From contig JBHJGN010000024.1 in assembly GCA_050331735.1 (NCBI GenBank), positions 10,755-74,754 on the forward strand: a stretch of 64,000 nucleotides of DNA. The letters run 5' to 3'. The position numbers and the translations under genes are program-made. Below are positions 38,588-49,225 of the stretch, in pieces. The notes below the pieces were generated by a model, which was not told where the DNA came from, did no database searches, and worked only from the letters and a program-made list of their open reading frames with translations. This DNA is from Cyanophyceae cyanobacterium. GTDB taxonomy: Bacteria > Cyanobacteriota > Cyanobacteriia > Cyanobacteriales > JBHJGN01. The stretch's first letter is position 1, and each line of letters begins with the position of its first letter.

Positions 38588-40156
38588 ATGAAGTCTGCTG
38601 CTCCTGTCCTCTGGGAATGTTCCGGTGCGCCTCCGCAGTGGAAAGCCCATTTCCCAATCGTGAACTATAGCGAGACTTGCTATATTTGCGGTTGCCCTAA
38701 ACCGGAATTGAAGACGCCGCCTCTCCTCGCTCCAACTGCTCTGTTCTCTAAAAGGACGATAGCCCTGGGAGTTTTGCTGAGCGCTGTTGTTGTCGGTAGC
38801 GGAGTGTGGTGGATCAATCAACGAGAAACTCGTCTTCAAACGATTAATTTGGTCACGCCGCTGAACAGAGTTTCTCCCAGTCATTCGTCTTCTGTGCCCG
38901 CCACAGCTTCTCCCGAACGATTTTCTCAAGGAGAGCGCCGTCTGCTCCGGAATCAGTCGAACAGTAGTGCCGATCGCGGGACGAATGCTTACGCTCAAGG
39001 AGACTACGAAAGAGCCAAAGTATTCTTTGAGCGAGCCGTTGCTGGCGATCGCCGCAACCCCGAAATCCAGATTTACCTGAACAATGCGCTAGCCCGTCTC
39101 TCCAACGAGATTCCGTTGCGGATTGGGGTAGTCGTGCCCGTTGAATCGAATCTCTCTTCAGCCGAAGAAATGTTGCGAGGCATTGCTGATGCTCAGACCG
39201 AGTTTAATCAGTCTGGAGGAAGCGGCGATCGCCTGCTAGAAATTGTCATTGCCAACGATGGGAACGATCCTCAGCTCTCTCCAGAAGTAGCCAGAACCTT
39301 AGCTGCTGATGCAGATATTCTTGGCGTGATTGGGCATAATTCTAGCGGTGCGACAGCAGCAGCCATTGAGGAATACGAGCAGGCTAATTTGCCGATCATT
39401 TCACCAACAAGTACTAGCTCGTTAATTGATAGTCCCGTTTTTTTTAGAACAACGGCTGAGTCTAAGGTGTTAGCAGCCGCATTAGCTCAGTACGTCCGCC
39501 AAGACTTAGACTTAGAACAAATAGCCATCTTTTATATCCCGACAGATCCCAACAGTAAAGGGTGGCAAGAGGCATTTCTGCGTCGCTTTAGAGAGTTAGG
39601 AGGGCAAACCGCTCAACTAATCGATATGAGTACTCCTGACTTTCAGCCGCAACAGATTAAATCTCTGCCCTTTGAAGGGGCGATTTTGCTGCCCAGTACC
39701 GACCATCTGACCGTTGCTCTCAGCATTGCTGCCAGTAATCAGGAGTTGCCGACACAACAGCAGCTCAAACTGTTGGGAAATACGGCGTTATTTACCCCCC
39801 GAACCTTAACCTCTGGGGGAAGTGCGGTGGAGAATCTGATTGTTTCTGTTCCTTGGGTAGCTCAAACTCCCTACGCTCAAAGAGCGGCTCGCCGCTGGGG
39901 TGGACAAGTAAACTGGCGAACCGCCATGAGCTACGATGCTCTCCAGGCGATGGTCGCCGCTTTTGCCAAGGATGCCTCTCGCAGCACTGTTTTAAACAGC
40001 CTTAAATCTGTTCGCCTTACTCCTGAGCAAACCTCCGGAAGAGCGCTAGAGTTTTTACCCTCGGGCGAGCGGGCTAGTCGATCTATTCTAGTCCAGGTTG
40101 TGCCGGGAGAAGGAGGTCCACAGAGCTCTAAGCTGACCTTTCGCTCGCTTGAGTAG
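38588..40156 (+). CDS. Membrane-anchored Leu/Ile/Val-type periplasmic binding domain protein with TPR and N-terminal Cys/His ribbon
   Basis: WEC..H..CYIC, one TM, NPEIQIYLNNA TPR, EEMLRGIADAQ, ANDGND, GVIGHNSS, VNWRTAMSYDA. Confidence 0.8.
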   Translation: MKSAAPVLWECSGAPPQWKAHFPIVNYSETCYICGCPKPELKTPPLLAPTALFSKRTIALGVLLSAVVVGSGVWWINQRETRLQTINLVTPLNRVSPSHSSSVPATASPERFSQGERRLLRNQSNSSADRGTNAYAQGDYERAKVFFERAVAGDRRNPEIQIYLNNALARLSNEIPLRIGVVVPVESNLSSAEEMLRGIADAQTEFNQSGGSGDRLLEIVIANDGNDPQLSPEVARTLAADADILGVIGHNSSGATAAAIEEYEQANLPIISPTSTSSLIDSPVFFRTTAESKVLAAALAQYVRQDLDLEQIAIFYIPTDPNSKGWQEAFLRRFRELGGQTAQLIDMSTPDFQPQQIKSLPFEGAILLPSTDHLTVALSIAASNQELPTQQQLKLLGNTALFTPRTLTSGGSAVENLIVSVPWVAQTPYAQRAARRWGGQVNWRTAMSYDALQAMVAAFAKDASRSTVLNSLKSVRLTPEQTSGRALEFLPSGERASRSILVQVVPGEGGPQSSKLTFRSLE

Positions 40157-40213
40157 CGATCGCTAGAGTATTTCATGGGCTGCCCGTCAGCTTTCGGAGA
40201 AAACTCTGACTCT

Positions 40214-42040
40214 TTACGGCTGAGTGGGGACGAGCTGAACTTTGACTTTAACTCGCTTGTTGGTCCTTGGGAGCTTGACCGTCAATTTTTCCGCATCATA
40301 GTGCGTATAGGTTTCTCCGTCGATTTCGCACCGACCAATTTGAATACTGCCGGGGGGCAAAATATCGGGAGACACTCTGAGAATCCCGTCAGGAAAACCC
40401 TGGGGAAGAGGCTTGAAGTAAAAGTCTAGCGGTTGTTTAGTAATGAGTAGGTTGGTATAAACCGCCGCTAGGTAACACAGCTCGGTAGAGTGATAGCTAC
40501 TCATGGAGTGACTGCCTTTGGTGCGTTCGTTGCCGTTTGCTAAGTAGGGAATTCCGTTCGCCAGCACGTTGAAATACACTCCTCCATCTTCAGTATCTAG
40601 AAACCAAGCATTATAGAAAGCGGCGGCTTCGCGAGCTAGCTTGAGGTAGGCTTGATTTTGCTGACTGCCCGCGAGGATTAGATAAGCTAAGATTGCCTGT
40701 TCCTGCTGCCACCAAGCTTTGCGATCGTGCCAAACAAAGCGATGCTGCTTTTCCCCAGGTTTAAGCAACCGCTCCACTACGTCATACCAGCCACCGCGTC
40801 GGCGATCGCAGCCCACAGACGGCAATAGCTCGGCCAGTTGCTGAGCTAAAGTTAGATACTGCTCTTTGGGTCGGAGATGGTACATTCTCATCAGATTCCA
40901 AACAAGCTTCAGATTGTGACCGACGACAGCGCGATTTTGCTGCCAGCCCCAAGCAAGATCGCTGGACCAATCCTCATTGAATCGTTCCTGAATAAACGGA
41001 CTCTGCTCTCGGTTAGGAAAATAGGTGCCGAGCAGATCGAAGGTGTCCTCTAGCATCTCGGCGTATTCAGGGTTGCCAGTCGCTAACCACAGGTTGATCA
41101 AATACGCCGGGGCATGGTCACCGATGGAGTTCCAGTTTTTTTTGGCCCGATTGCACCCCAAAGCCTCGCTGCGGGGATCGAGCGTGACCGGATCGAGGTG
41201 AGAAAAATAGCCGCCGGAAGCGCTGCGATCGCGGAAAAACCGATTAAAGAGTTGCAGGGTCAGTTCGGCATCGTGCAAAATCTGCGGGTCGCCCGTTAGT
41301 CTGTAGGTCTGTACTGGTCCCGCCAGGGCATAAATCTGTTCGTAGGCCGGGATAGCATCGTAGTCATCGCCAAATTCCGAAGTAAAAAACTTGTGCTCTT
41401 GCTCTCCTTCAATATCAATTCCGTGATACCAGTAAACAACATTTTCGTCTAAGTCTAGAAACCGCATGTGGTCTCGCAGATACTCGACCCCTTTCTCGGC
41501 AGCGTCTAAAAAGCGTTCCTCTCCGGTCATTAAGTAAGTTGTGGCTAATCCGTAGACGAGACGAGAAATCGTGCCAGTTTCCTGGCGAAAGTTAACCGAC
41601 GATTTGGCTCCCAATAAATTGAGAACCGTGCGATAGCTGGAGTAATCAATTTCTCGAAGACCCAACTGAGATCTCAGGTAGAAGTTTCCCAGCGAGTGAA
41701 GCTGGTCGAGCCACCAGTTGGGAGCTTCAAACCGGTAGTTATCCGCTTGACGACCAACAAACACAATTTTTTTGACTTCAAACTGGACGCTGTCTGGATA
41801 GAAAATGCCGTAGGCAAACAGATAGCGGGGAGCAACCAGCATGGCTCTTAGAGAAGCTGTCGCATCCGGACAAGCCTCATCAAGATTCTGCAAGAGCTGA
41901 GCGGAGGTCATCGGGCTAAGAACGCACTGAAATTTCCGTCCGTCTGAGGTTTCAAGCCCAAAGATGTCGTTGTCTCCGTCGTAGTGGGTCACGTAACCAG
42001 AAACGAGGTCAGAAAAGGCACAATCTATGTTGATTCCCAC
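40214..42040 (-). CDS. AGE-family (N-acyl-D-glucosamine 2-epimerase-like) protein
   Basis: YEQIYALAG, KNWNSIGDH, VVGHNLK, WWQQEQA, KGSHSMSSYHS. Confidence 0.85.
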   Translation of the reverse strand: MGINIDCAFSDLVSGYVTHYDGDNDIFGLETSDGRKFQCVLSPMTSAQLLQNLDEACPDATASLRAMLVAPRYLFAYGIFYPDSVQFEVKKIVFVGRQADNYRFEAPNWWLDQLHSLGNFYLRSQLGLREIDYSSYRTVLNLLGAKSSVNFRQETGTISRLVYGLATTYLMTGEERFLDAAEKGVEYLRDHMRFLDLDENVVYWYHGIDIEGEQEHKFFTSEFGDDYDAIPAYEQIYALAGPVQTYRLTGDPQILHDAELTLQLFNRFFRDRSASGGYFSHLDPVTLDPRSEALGCNRAKKNWNSIGDHAPAYLINLWLATGNPEYAEMLEDTFDLLGTYFPNREQSPFIQERFNEDWSSDLAWGWQQNRAVVGHNLKLVWNLMRMYHLRPKEQYLTLAQQLAELLPSVGCDRRRGGWYDVVERLLKPGEKQHRFVWHDRKAWWQQEQAILAYLILAGSQQNQAYLKLAREAAAFYNAWFLDTEDGGVYFNVLANGIPYLANGNERTKGSHSMSSYHSTELCYLAAVYTNLLITKQPLDFYFKPLPQGFPDGILRVSPDILPPGSIQIGRCEIDGETYTHYDAEKLTVKLPRTNKRVKVKVQLVPTQP

Positions 42041-42194
42041 TTATTAGTAACTCCAGCTAGGTAGAACAAATTACGCAGGAAAAGCCGAGCGATGATGGTC
42101 CATGATGATGGGGACATAGAACCAACTCAAAGGAGCAAATAGCGGCATAGTGTTTAGATAAGACGGATGACGCTTTTAGGGAGGCAGCATCGGT

Positions 42195-42818
42195 TTAAAG
42201 TGCAGAAGCAGCCAGTTGATTGGGTTTTTCTAGCTGCTTCAAAAAAACCTGCATAAATTCTTCGACAACGCCGGGATGCCTTCCTGAGATTAAATTGCCG
42301 TCAATATGAGTAGCTACTGTTTCGCCCTCTCGGTAAACGACAATTCCGCCAGCATTTTCTACATCACAGATAATGTTATGAGCACAGGTTACGCAACGTC
42401 CCCGGAGCAGAACTGGATCGGCGCAAAATAACCACAGGCTATGGCAAATAGTTCCAATTTTAAGACCGCCTGCGTCCATCAGCTTGACGGCTTGGCGAAG
42501 AAATTCTACTGCTGGAGAATCATTAGGCTGACGAGGACGCGGACTAACCTGATAGCGGAGGCGATCCATAGCATAGCCACCGATTAAAATCAACCCCTGA
42601 TAGGCCGCTGGAGTAACGCTCTTGAAATCAACGGTGACGGTGACTTGTTCTTTCCGCTCGTTGCCCTCAAAGATCAGTTGTCTCTGACCCCAAAGATGCG
42701 AGAGATATTCTACTTGGTAGCCATTTTGGGGGAAGAACTGATTAAATCTCTGATATTCAGCGTCATCAAAATGAGCTTCAATCAGTACTCCAATCTTGCC
42801 CTTTTTGAGATGAGTCAT
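42195..42818 (-). CDS. DJ-1/PfpI-family protein
   Basis: IEAHFDDAE, IGGYAMDRLR, TICHSLW (Cys-His), DGNLISG. Confidence 0.9.
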   Translation of the reverse strand: MTHLKKGKIGVLIEAHFDDAEYQRFNQFFPQNGYQVEYLSHLWGQRQLIFEGNERKEQVTVTVDFKSVTPAAYQGLILIGGYAMDRLRYQVSPRPRQPNDSPAVEFLRQAVKLMDAGGLKIGTICHSLWLFCADPVLLRGRCVTCAHNIICDVENAGGIVVYREGETVATHIDGNLISGRHPGVVEEFMQVFLKQLEKPNQLAASAL

Positions 42819-43409
42819 TCTTGTTCAGCTCCTGCATCTACGGCTTTTTCTGGTCAAAGGTTAATCGGCATCAAAAAAATCTGACGCTTATTTAGACAAT
42901 AAAGAAAGTTAGCGTTTTTTAAGCAGTTTTTTAACCGATGCTGGTTAGTGTTTAGCCATGAATATCAGCAGACCAGAAAAGTCCTCTTCTTAGAGATTAA
43001 ATTCCTTAAGGCTGAGTTTTTCCTGAGAGTGTCTCATCAATTTAAATTGTTTCCTCTAGCGACCCTAGAGTAGAGATGAACAGTAGCCATACATAGAAGT
43101 CTTGGCCAAAGTCAAGGTTTGAAGATGGCTAACTAACTCGAACAGCACAGACGCTCACGGTGGTACATCGAATTGGCCACTTCTGTTCTCAATAGCAAGC
43201 AAACTTGCGCACACATTGCTTAGCTTGCAACCAAACAGCTTCTATAGAGGCAACGCGCCATTGACGAAGTCAACGCAAGCGAGAAACTTTTGCACCAGCA
43301 TCGCCAGATGAGCAAAATACTGAAAAGCACTATTTAGTAAAAATAGAAACAATATTCTTCCTTCTCCCCCTGTACTCTCATCTTCATTAGTAAGAGAGGA
43401 GGCAGAGTA

Positions 43410-43589
43410 TTGTTAGGCCAACCGAAGAAGACAGCGATAACAATCACTATTCCAGCAGCATTTCTTGACTTTTCCTCTAAACCAGCTAGCGCGACTGTGT
43501 TTCAGCTAGAAGAGGCAATGATCGCAGAAATTGACCAGGCGTTCAACGCTGGGGCGTTGTCTTCCGAAGAGTGAGTGCAGCCCTACCTC
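43410..43589 (+). pseudogene. Decayed 5' fragment of a fourth PEP-CTERM amidase
   Basis: MLGQPKKTAITITIPAAFLDFSSKPASATVFQLEEAMIAEIDQAFNAGALSSEE*VQPYL aligns with the N-terminus of 45520-47226; upstream RBS regions are also homologous. Confidence 0.85.
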
Positions 43590-43639
43590 GCAAAAAGATG
43601 AGCCAAACAACTGCCCTACAATTTTTGAGAAGAAACTCA

Positions 43640-45274
43640 ATGAAACTCCTGCCTACAACAACGCTGATTGCCACTCAAGCTGCTGTTTTTGGCATTGCAG
43701 CGACAGCGCAAGCTGTGACGTTTAATTTAGTTGAAGCGACAATTCCAGAAATTCAAGAGGCCTTTGAATCTGACTTACTCACCTCAGAGGAATTAGTGCA
43801 GCTCTATTTAGACCGTATTGAAGCTTACGATAACCAAGGTCCGACCATCAATTCGTTCATCGAGCTTAATCCCGATGCCCTAGAGCAAGCTAGAGAATTA
43901 GACCGCGAACGAGACCGCACGGAAGCGAGAGGACCGCTATTTGGCCTTCCTGTCATGCTCAAAGACAACATCGATACCTTCGATTTGCCAACCACTGCCG
44001 GAGCAATTCTTCTCGAAGATTCAGTACCGCCGGACGATGCATTTATTACGCAACAACTGCGCGAAGAAGGAGCCATTGTTTTGGGAAAGGGCAATCTGAC
44101 AGAATGGGCTAATTTTATTGCCTTCGATATGCCTAATGGCTTTAGTGCTCTCGGCGGCCAAACGTTAAATCCTTACGGTCCCGGTACTTTTGATGTTGGC
44201 GGATCTAGTTCTGGACCGGGTGCGGCAGTGGCCGCTAATCTGGTGACGGTGGCGGTAGGCACTGAAACCTCTGGTTCAATTCTGAGCCCTTCGAGCCGAA
44301 ACTCGATAGTCGGCATTAAGCCAACCGTTGGATTGGTCAGTCGTGACGGAGTTATCCCCATTGCGGCTAGTCAAGATACCGCAGGTCCAATGGCTCGTAC
44401 CGTTACCGATGCTGCTATCTTGCTTGGCGCTCTAACCGGAGTCGATTCCAGCGATCCGGCAACCGCCGCGAGCGCAGGGCAATTCCTGACAGACTACACA
44501 CCATTTCTAGACCCGGAAGGTCTTGAAGGAGCGCGAATTGGAGTGTTTCGCAATATTTTTACTTCTCGCCTGTCTCCGGACGAACTAATCTTAGCCGAGA
44601 CAGCCTTTGCAGAGCTAGAACGTTTAGGCGCAACAGTCATCGATCCCGTTACAATTGAATCGGCAAGCGAGATTTCTGGGTTTGATGTTCTTCTTTACGA
44701 GTTCAACGACGGAGTTGAAAACTACCTAGAAAGTTTAGGACCAGACGCGCCCGCTGATTCTTTAGAAGACATCATTGCATTTAACCGAGAAAATCCAGAT
44801 GAGAGAATTCCTTTTGGTCAAGGAATATTCCTACTATCAGAGGAAACGGGCGGAGACCTAAGCGATCCAGAATACCTTGAAGCTAGGGCAACAGATATTC
44901 GCTTAGCAAGAACAGAAGGCATTGATGCCTTGCTAGAGGAACTCGAGCTAGATGCCATCTTGCTTCCCAACAATAGCGAAGCAGGCATTGGTGCGCGGGC
45001 TGGATATCCGAGCATTACCGTTCCGGCTGGCTATGGAGAAACGGGAGAGCCGTTTGGGTTGACCTTCCTTGGCGATGCTTTTAGCGAACCTGAATTAATT
45101 CAGTATGCCTACGCTTACGAACAGGGAACTTTGCTTCGCACTCCTCCAGAAAGCACCCCTCCACTGTCAGGAGATACGATAACGGTTCCAGAGGCTGATA
45201 CCGCTACTCCTCTGCCAATCCTTGCTCTAATCGGCATCGGCTATCGTTTTCTTCGACGGGGAGCGAGTATTTAG
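43640..45274 (+). CDS. Secreted amidase-signature family enzyme with PEP-CTERM-like tail
   Basis: Signal peptide (AQA), KDNID, GGSSSG, GTETSGSI triad, VPEA + TM + RR. Confidence 0.9.
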   Translation: MKLLPTTTLIATQAAVFGIAATAQAVTFNLVEATIPEIQEAFESDLLTSEELVQLYLDRIEAYDNQGPTINSFIELNPDALEQARELDRERDRTEARGPLFGLPVMLKDNIDTFDLPTTAGAILLEDSVPPDDAFITQQLREEGAIVLGKGNLTEWANFIAFDMPNGFSALGGQTLNPYGPGTFDVGGSSSGPGAAVAANLVTVAVGTETSGSILSPSSRNSIVGIKPTVGLVSRDGVIPIAASQDTAGPMARTVTDAAILLGALTGVDSSDPATAASAGQFLTDYTPFLDPEGLEGARIGVFRNIFTSRLSPDELILAETAFAELERLGATVIDPVTIESASEISGFDVLLYEFNDGVENYLESLGPDAPADSLEDIIAFNRENPDERIPFGQGIFLLSEETGGDLSDPEYLEARATDIRLARTEGIDALLEELELDAILLPNNSEAGIGARAGYPSITVPAGYGETGEPFGLTFLGDAFSEPELIQYAYAYEQGTLLRTPPESTPPLSGDTITVPEADTATPLPILALIGIGYRFLRRGASI

Positions 45275-45519
45275 GCTCTTCAAAAGAACGAAATCTCAGC
45301 CTAAACCCTTAGCTTTTGCCTTAAAACTAATTTAAGTCAAGACAACTCTTACTACCAAGGTCTAGGCACAAAATTGGCATTTTGCCAAACCTAGGAATTT
45401 CTCAGCATGAAAGATTCGAGTTCCCAAACCGATTAAAGATGAGATTGTTTAGTAACAAGCAAAACAGTCTTCCTTCTTCCCCTTTACTGTTGTCGCCATT
45501 AAGTTGAGGAGTCAGAGCA

Positions 45520-47226
45520 GTGTTGAGCTACCCACAAAAAACAGCAATAACGATCGCAATTCCGGCAGCAATTTTTGCCTATTCTTCTCAACCAACGACC
45601 GCGGCTGTATTTCGGCTAGAAGAGGCGACCGTTGCTGAGATTAATGAAGCTTTCGATGCCGAAGCGCTGACCTCCGAGCAGTTAATCCAGCTTTATCTCA
45701 ATCGAATAGAAGCTTACGACGAACAGGGTCCGAGTCTTAACTCCATTATTACGATTAATCCAAATGCTCTCGAACGGGCAGCCGCCCTAGACAGAGAACG
45801 TCAAACCACTGGTCGGCGCAGTCCTCTCCACGGGATTCCGGTAATTCTTAAAGACAACTACGATACCTTCGATTTGCCAACCACAGCCGGATCGGCGGTA
45901 CTGGAAGACTCGATTCCTCCCGACGATGCTTTTATTGTTGAACAATTTCGGGAGGCGGGAGCTATCATCTTCGCCAAAGCAAATATGAGCGAGTTTGCCT
46001 CCCAGGTTCCCGGAGGTTCACTGATCGGACTGACTCGTAACCCCTACCAGCTAGACCGCAGCCCGTCTGGTTCCAGCGGCGGAAGTGCCGCGGCGATCGC
46101 CGCGAACTTTGGCGTGATTGGGACAGGAAGCGATACGGGAGGGTCGATTCGCGGTCCCGCTGCTGCTAACGGTCTTGTCGGAATCAAGCCGACCTTGGGG
46201 CTAACGAGTCGAGACGGCATTATTCCCTTGGCTCTCTCGTTTGATGTTGGCGGTCCTTTTGCTCGCACCGTTGAAGATGCGGCGATCGCCCTAAGCGTTA
46301 TAGCCGGAGTCGATCCGGCTGACCCCGCTACTTTAGATAGCGCCGGGAGAATCCCCGCCGACTACACCGAGTTCCTCGATCTAGAAGCCCTCGAAGGAGC
46401 GCGGATTGGAGTTGCTCGCGATTTTTTTGGTCGCAACCCAGAAGTAGATCAACTGATCAACGAGGCCATTGCCGAAATGGAGGCGGAGGGGGCCACCATC
46501 GTTGATTCGCTATTTTTTCCAGAAGAGGTCATTGAGTCGAAAGATTCTATCTACACCCGCATTCGCTGGCCGGAGTTTAAGGCACAGATTCCCGATTATC
46601 TAGCCACCCTAGAACCTCAGTATCCAGATAATCTGGCAGAAATTATTGAAGTCGCTGAAACAATTGACTTTTTCGAGACCTATCCCGACCGCCTAGAGTT
46701 GTTCAGACAAGAGCAGGCGAGCGTTCCCTTAACTGACCCCGACTACCTGGATGCCCTGACTAATGGACGAGCGTTAGTTCGCAATGCAACGGTAGATCTC
46801 TTTGCCAGTAATGAACTCGATGCTCTAATTTATCCAACTTCTGCCTGTCCGCCTGGTCCTCTCCCAAATTTGGAAGAGCCGGACTATGTGTGCGAACCGG
46901 GGCCGTTTGCCTCAAACATCGCTAATATTACGGGCTTTCCAGATATTCAGGTTCCGGCGGGCTTGACCTCAGAAGGTCTGCCAGTCACCGTCTCCTTTTT
47001 AGGAGAAGCCTATAGCGAACCTGAACTACTAGGATTCGCCTACGACTACGAGCAAGAAACTCAGCTTCGCCGTCCGCCAGCGACGACTCCTTCCTTACCG
47101 GGGGAAGTGATCGAATACGAAGTTGAAACCGTCCCCGAACCTAGCTCGATTCTCGGTTTACTCGCTTTCGGTCTCAGTTCATTCGGAATGGGGTTTGCTA
47201 AACGGTGGAAAGACTCAGGACAGTAA
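45520..47226 (+). CDS. Secreted amidase-signature family enzyme with PEP-CTERM
   Basis: KDNYD, GSSGG, GSDTGGSIR, VPEPSSILGLLAFG..KRWK. Confidence 0.92.
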   Translation: MLSYPQKTAITIAIPAAIFAYSSQPTTAAVFRLEEATVAEINEAFDAEALTSEQLIQLYLNRIEAYDEQGPSLNSIITINPNALERAAALDRERQTTGRRSPLHGIPVILKDNYDTFDLPTTAGSAVLEDSIPPDDAFIVEQFREAGAIIFAKANMSEFASQVPGGSLIGLTRNPYQLDRSPSGSSGGSAAAIAANFGVIGTGSDTGGSIRGPAAANGLVGIKPTLGLTSRDGIIPLALSFDVGGPFARTVEDAAIALSVIAGVDPADPATLDSAGRIPADYTEFLDLEALEGARIGVARDFFGRNPEVDQLINEAIAEMEAEGATIVDSLFFPEEVIESKDSIYTRIRWPEFKAQIPDYLATLEPQYPDNLAEIIEVAETIDFFETYPDRLELFRQEQASVPLTDPDYLDALTNGRALVRNATVDLFASNELDALIYPTSACPPGPLPNLEEPDYVCEPGPFASNIANITGFPDIQVPAGLTSEGLPVTVSFLGEAYSEPELLGFAYDYEQETQLRRPPATTPSLPGEVIEYEVETVPEPSSILGLLAFGLSSFGMGFAKRWKDSGQ

Positions 47227-47341
47227 ACGAAAACGATTGCCGCTACGGTGGAATGCTAGCGCTAGCCAGCAATTTAATTTCTCGTGAAATATTTAACCAA
47301 CTACAGATGAAGACCGATCCTATTGTGCTGAGGAGCTAGTT

Positions 47342-49042
47342 ATGTTGAAACTGCAACCATCGACACCATTCATTTTCGGAATGACTACCCTGCTAGCCTG
47401 TACTGCCTCACCGACGACGGCAGCTACTTTTGAATTAGAAGAAGCGACGGTGGCTGATGTTAACCGTGCTTTTGAGGCCGGAGCGCTCACCTCCGAGCAA
47501 CTGGTTCAGCTTTACATTAACCGCATCCAAACCTACGACAAAACCGGGGAGCAGCCGCTGAACTCGATTATTGAAATTAATCCTGACGCAGTGGCAGCAG
47601 CCCGCGCCCTCGACCAGGAACGCCAGCAATCAGGACCGAGAGGCCCACTCCACGGCATGCCAGTGATTGTTAAAGACAACTACGATACTTTCAACCAGCC
47701 GACCACGGCGGGTTCTCTCTCTTTAGCTGGCTCCATCCCGCCCAATGATTCCTATCAGGTGCGCCAGCTTCGGGAAGCCGGAGCGATTGTTTTGGCTAAG
47801 TCCAACATGGCAGAATTTGCCTGGAGTCCCAACGTAACCGAGAGTTCCATTCTCGGCACCACTCGCAATCCTTACAACCTAGACCGGGTTCCGGCAGGCT
47901 CTAGTGGCGGGACTGCCGCAGCGGTAGCCGCTAACTTCGGCACCCTCGGCTTGGGAACCGATACCGGAAATTCGATTCGCGGTCCTTCTTCTCATACTGC
48001 CCTCGTCGGATTGAGATCGACCATTGGGCTAACGAGTCGGGATGGCATTGTGCCGCTCTTTCTCAACCGGGACATTGGCGGACCAATGGTAAAGTCCGTC
48101 GAAGATGCAGCACTAGTTCTTAATGCCATAGCCGGATACGATCCTGCCGATCCGGTGACGGCAGCCGTCCAGGGCGTAGACTTGCCAGATTACACTACTT
48201 TTCTCGATGAAAGCGGTCTTCTAGATGCTCGGCTGGGAGTCGTGCAGCAGTTGTTTAGAACCGATACCGCCGATGCCGAAGTAGTGGCGCTGATGGAGCA
48301 GGCAATTTCGGAACTGACGAGTCAAGGAGCGATCGTCGAACCCGTAACGATTCCAAACCTAGACAGTTTAGTAGGGCGAGTGTGGAGCGGAGCCAACACC
48401 TTTGCCTTCGACATTAATAATTACTTGGAGAGTCTCGGACCTGATGCTCCGGTTCAGTCTCTCGAGGAGATTATCGCGTCCGGGCAATACGCTGACTACA
48501 TCGAGTCAAGAATGCTGAATGCTGCCGCGATTGGAGACGTACCTCCGGAGAGCCGAGAAGACTTTTTAGCAAGTGAAGCAGCCCGAGAAGAAATGCGGCA
48601 GGTGGTGCTATCGATTATGGATGCTGGCGAGTATGATGCCCTAATTTATCCCACCTGGAGCAATCCGCCGCGTCTGATTGGAGACCTAGACAGCCCGACT
48701 GGAAATAACAGTTTCCAGCTTTCTCCGCCAACGGGATTTCCAGCCATTACCGTGCCGATGGGCTATACGGTCAACGATACTCTTCCAGCAGGTCTTCAGC
48801 TCCTCGGACGACCTTTCGACGAGTCGACGTTGCTGGAGCTGGCTTATGATTACGAGCAAGAGACACAGTCCCGTCGCCCTCCGGCACTTTTCCCACCTTT
48901 ACCGGGGGAGGTGATTGAATACGAATCTGTTCCCGAACCCAGCACTCTTCCCGCTCTGAGTGTTCTAGCTTTAGGTGCCATTTTTGTTAAGCGAGGTCAG
49001 CGACATTCTCAGCAAGCTGTTGAACCCTTTATCAAAGAATGA
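47342..49042 (+). CDS. Secreted amidase-signature family enzyme with PEP-CTERM
   Basis: [41 protein letters not shown]. Confidence 0.92.
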   Translation: MLKLQPSTPFIFGMTTLLACTASPTTAATFELEEATVADVNRAFEAGALTSEQLVQLYINRIQTYDKTGEQPLNSIIEINPDAVAAARALDQERQQSGPRGPLHGMPVIVKDNYDTFNQPTTAGSLSLAGSIPPNDSYQVRQLREAGAIVLAKSNMAEFAWSPNVTESSILGTTRNPYNLDRVPAGSSGGTAAAVAANFGTLGLGTDTGNSIRGPSSHTALVGLRSTIGLTSRDGIVPLFLNRDIGGPMVKSVEDAALVLNAIAGYDPADPVTAAVQGVDLPDYTTFLDESGLLDARLGVVQQLFRTDTADAEVVALMEQAISELTSQGAIVEPVTIPNLDSLVGRVWSGANTFAFDINNYLESLGPDAPVQSLEEIIASGQYADYIESRMLNAAAIGDVPPESREDFLASEAAREEMRQVVLSIMDAGEYDALIYPTWSNPPRLIGDLDSPTGNNSFQLSPPTGFPAITVPMGYTVNDTLPAGLQLLGRPFDESTLLELAYDYEQETQSRRPPALFPPLPGEVIEYESVPEPSTLPALSVLALGAIFVKRGQRHSQQAVEPFIKE

Positions 49043-49094
49043 ATTCAGCTTTCAGCGTATGAGAGCAATAGTTGACAATTGTTGTTACATCCGT

Positions 49095-49199
49095 GGTTTT
49101 GAGGTGATGCACGAGCGCAATGCCCACAACTTCCCCTTAGACTTAGCTAGTGCTGAGGCCTAGACAGTCGCTCTGACGGCTCCGGCTATCAACGGCTAA
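49095..49199 (+). pseudogene. psbA: 3' fragment of psbA (D1 C-terminus) with an in-frame stop
   Basis: Translates [33 protein letters not shown], i.e. the D1 C-terminus plus its precursor extension. Confidence 0.93.
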
Positions 49200-49225
49200 T
49201 TCTTAGCTAGCTTTTTCTCTCACTT

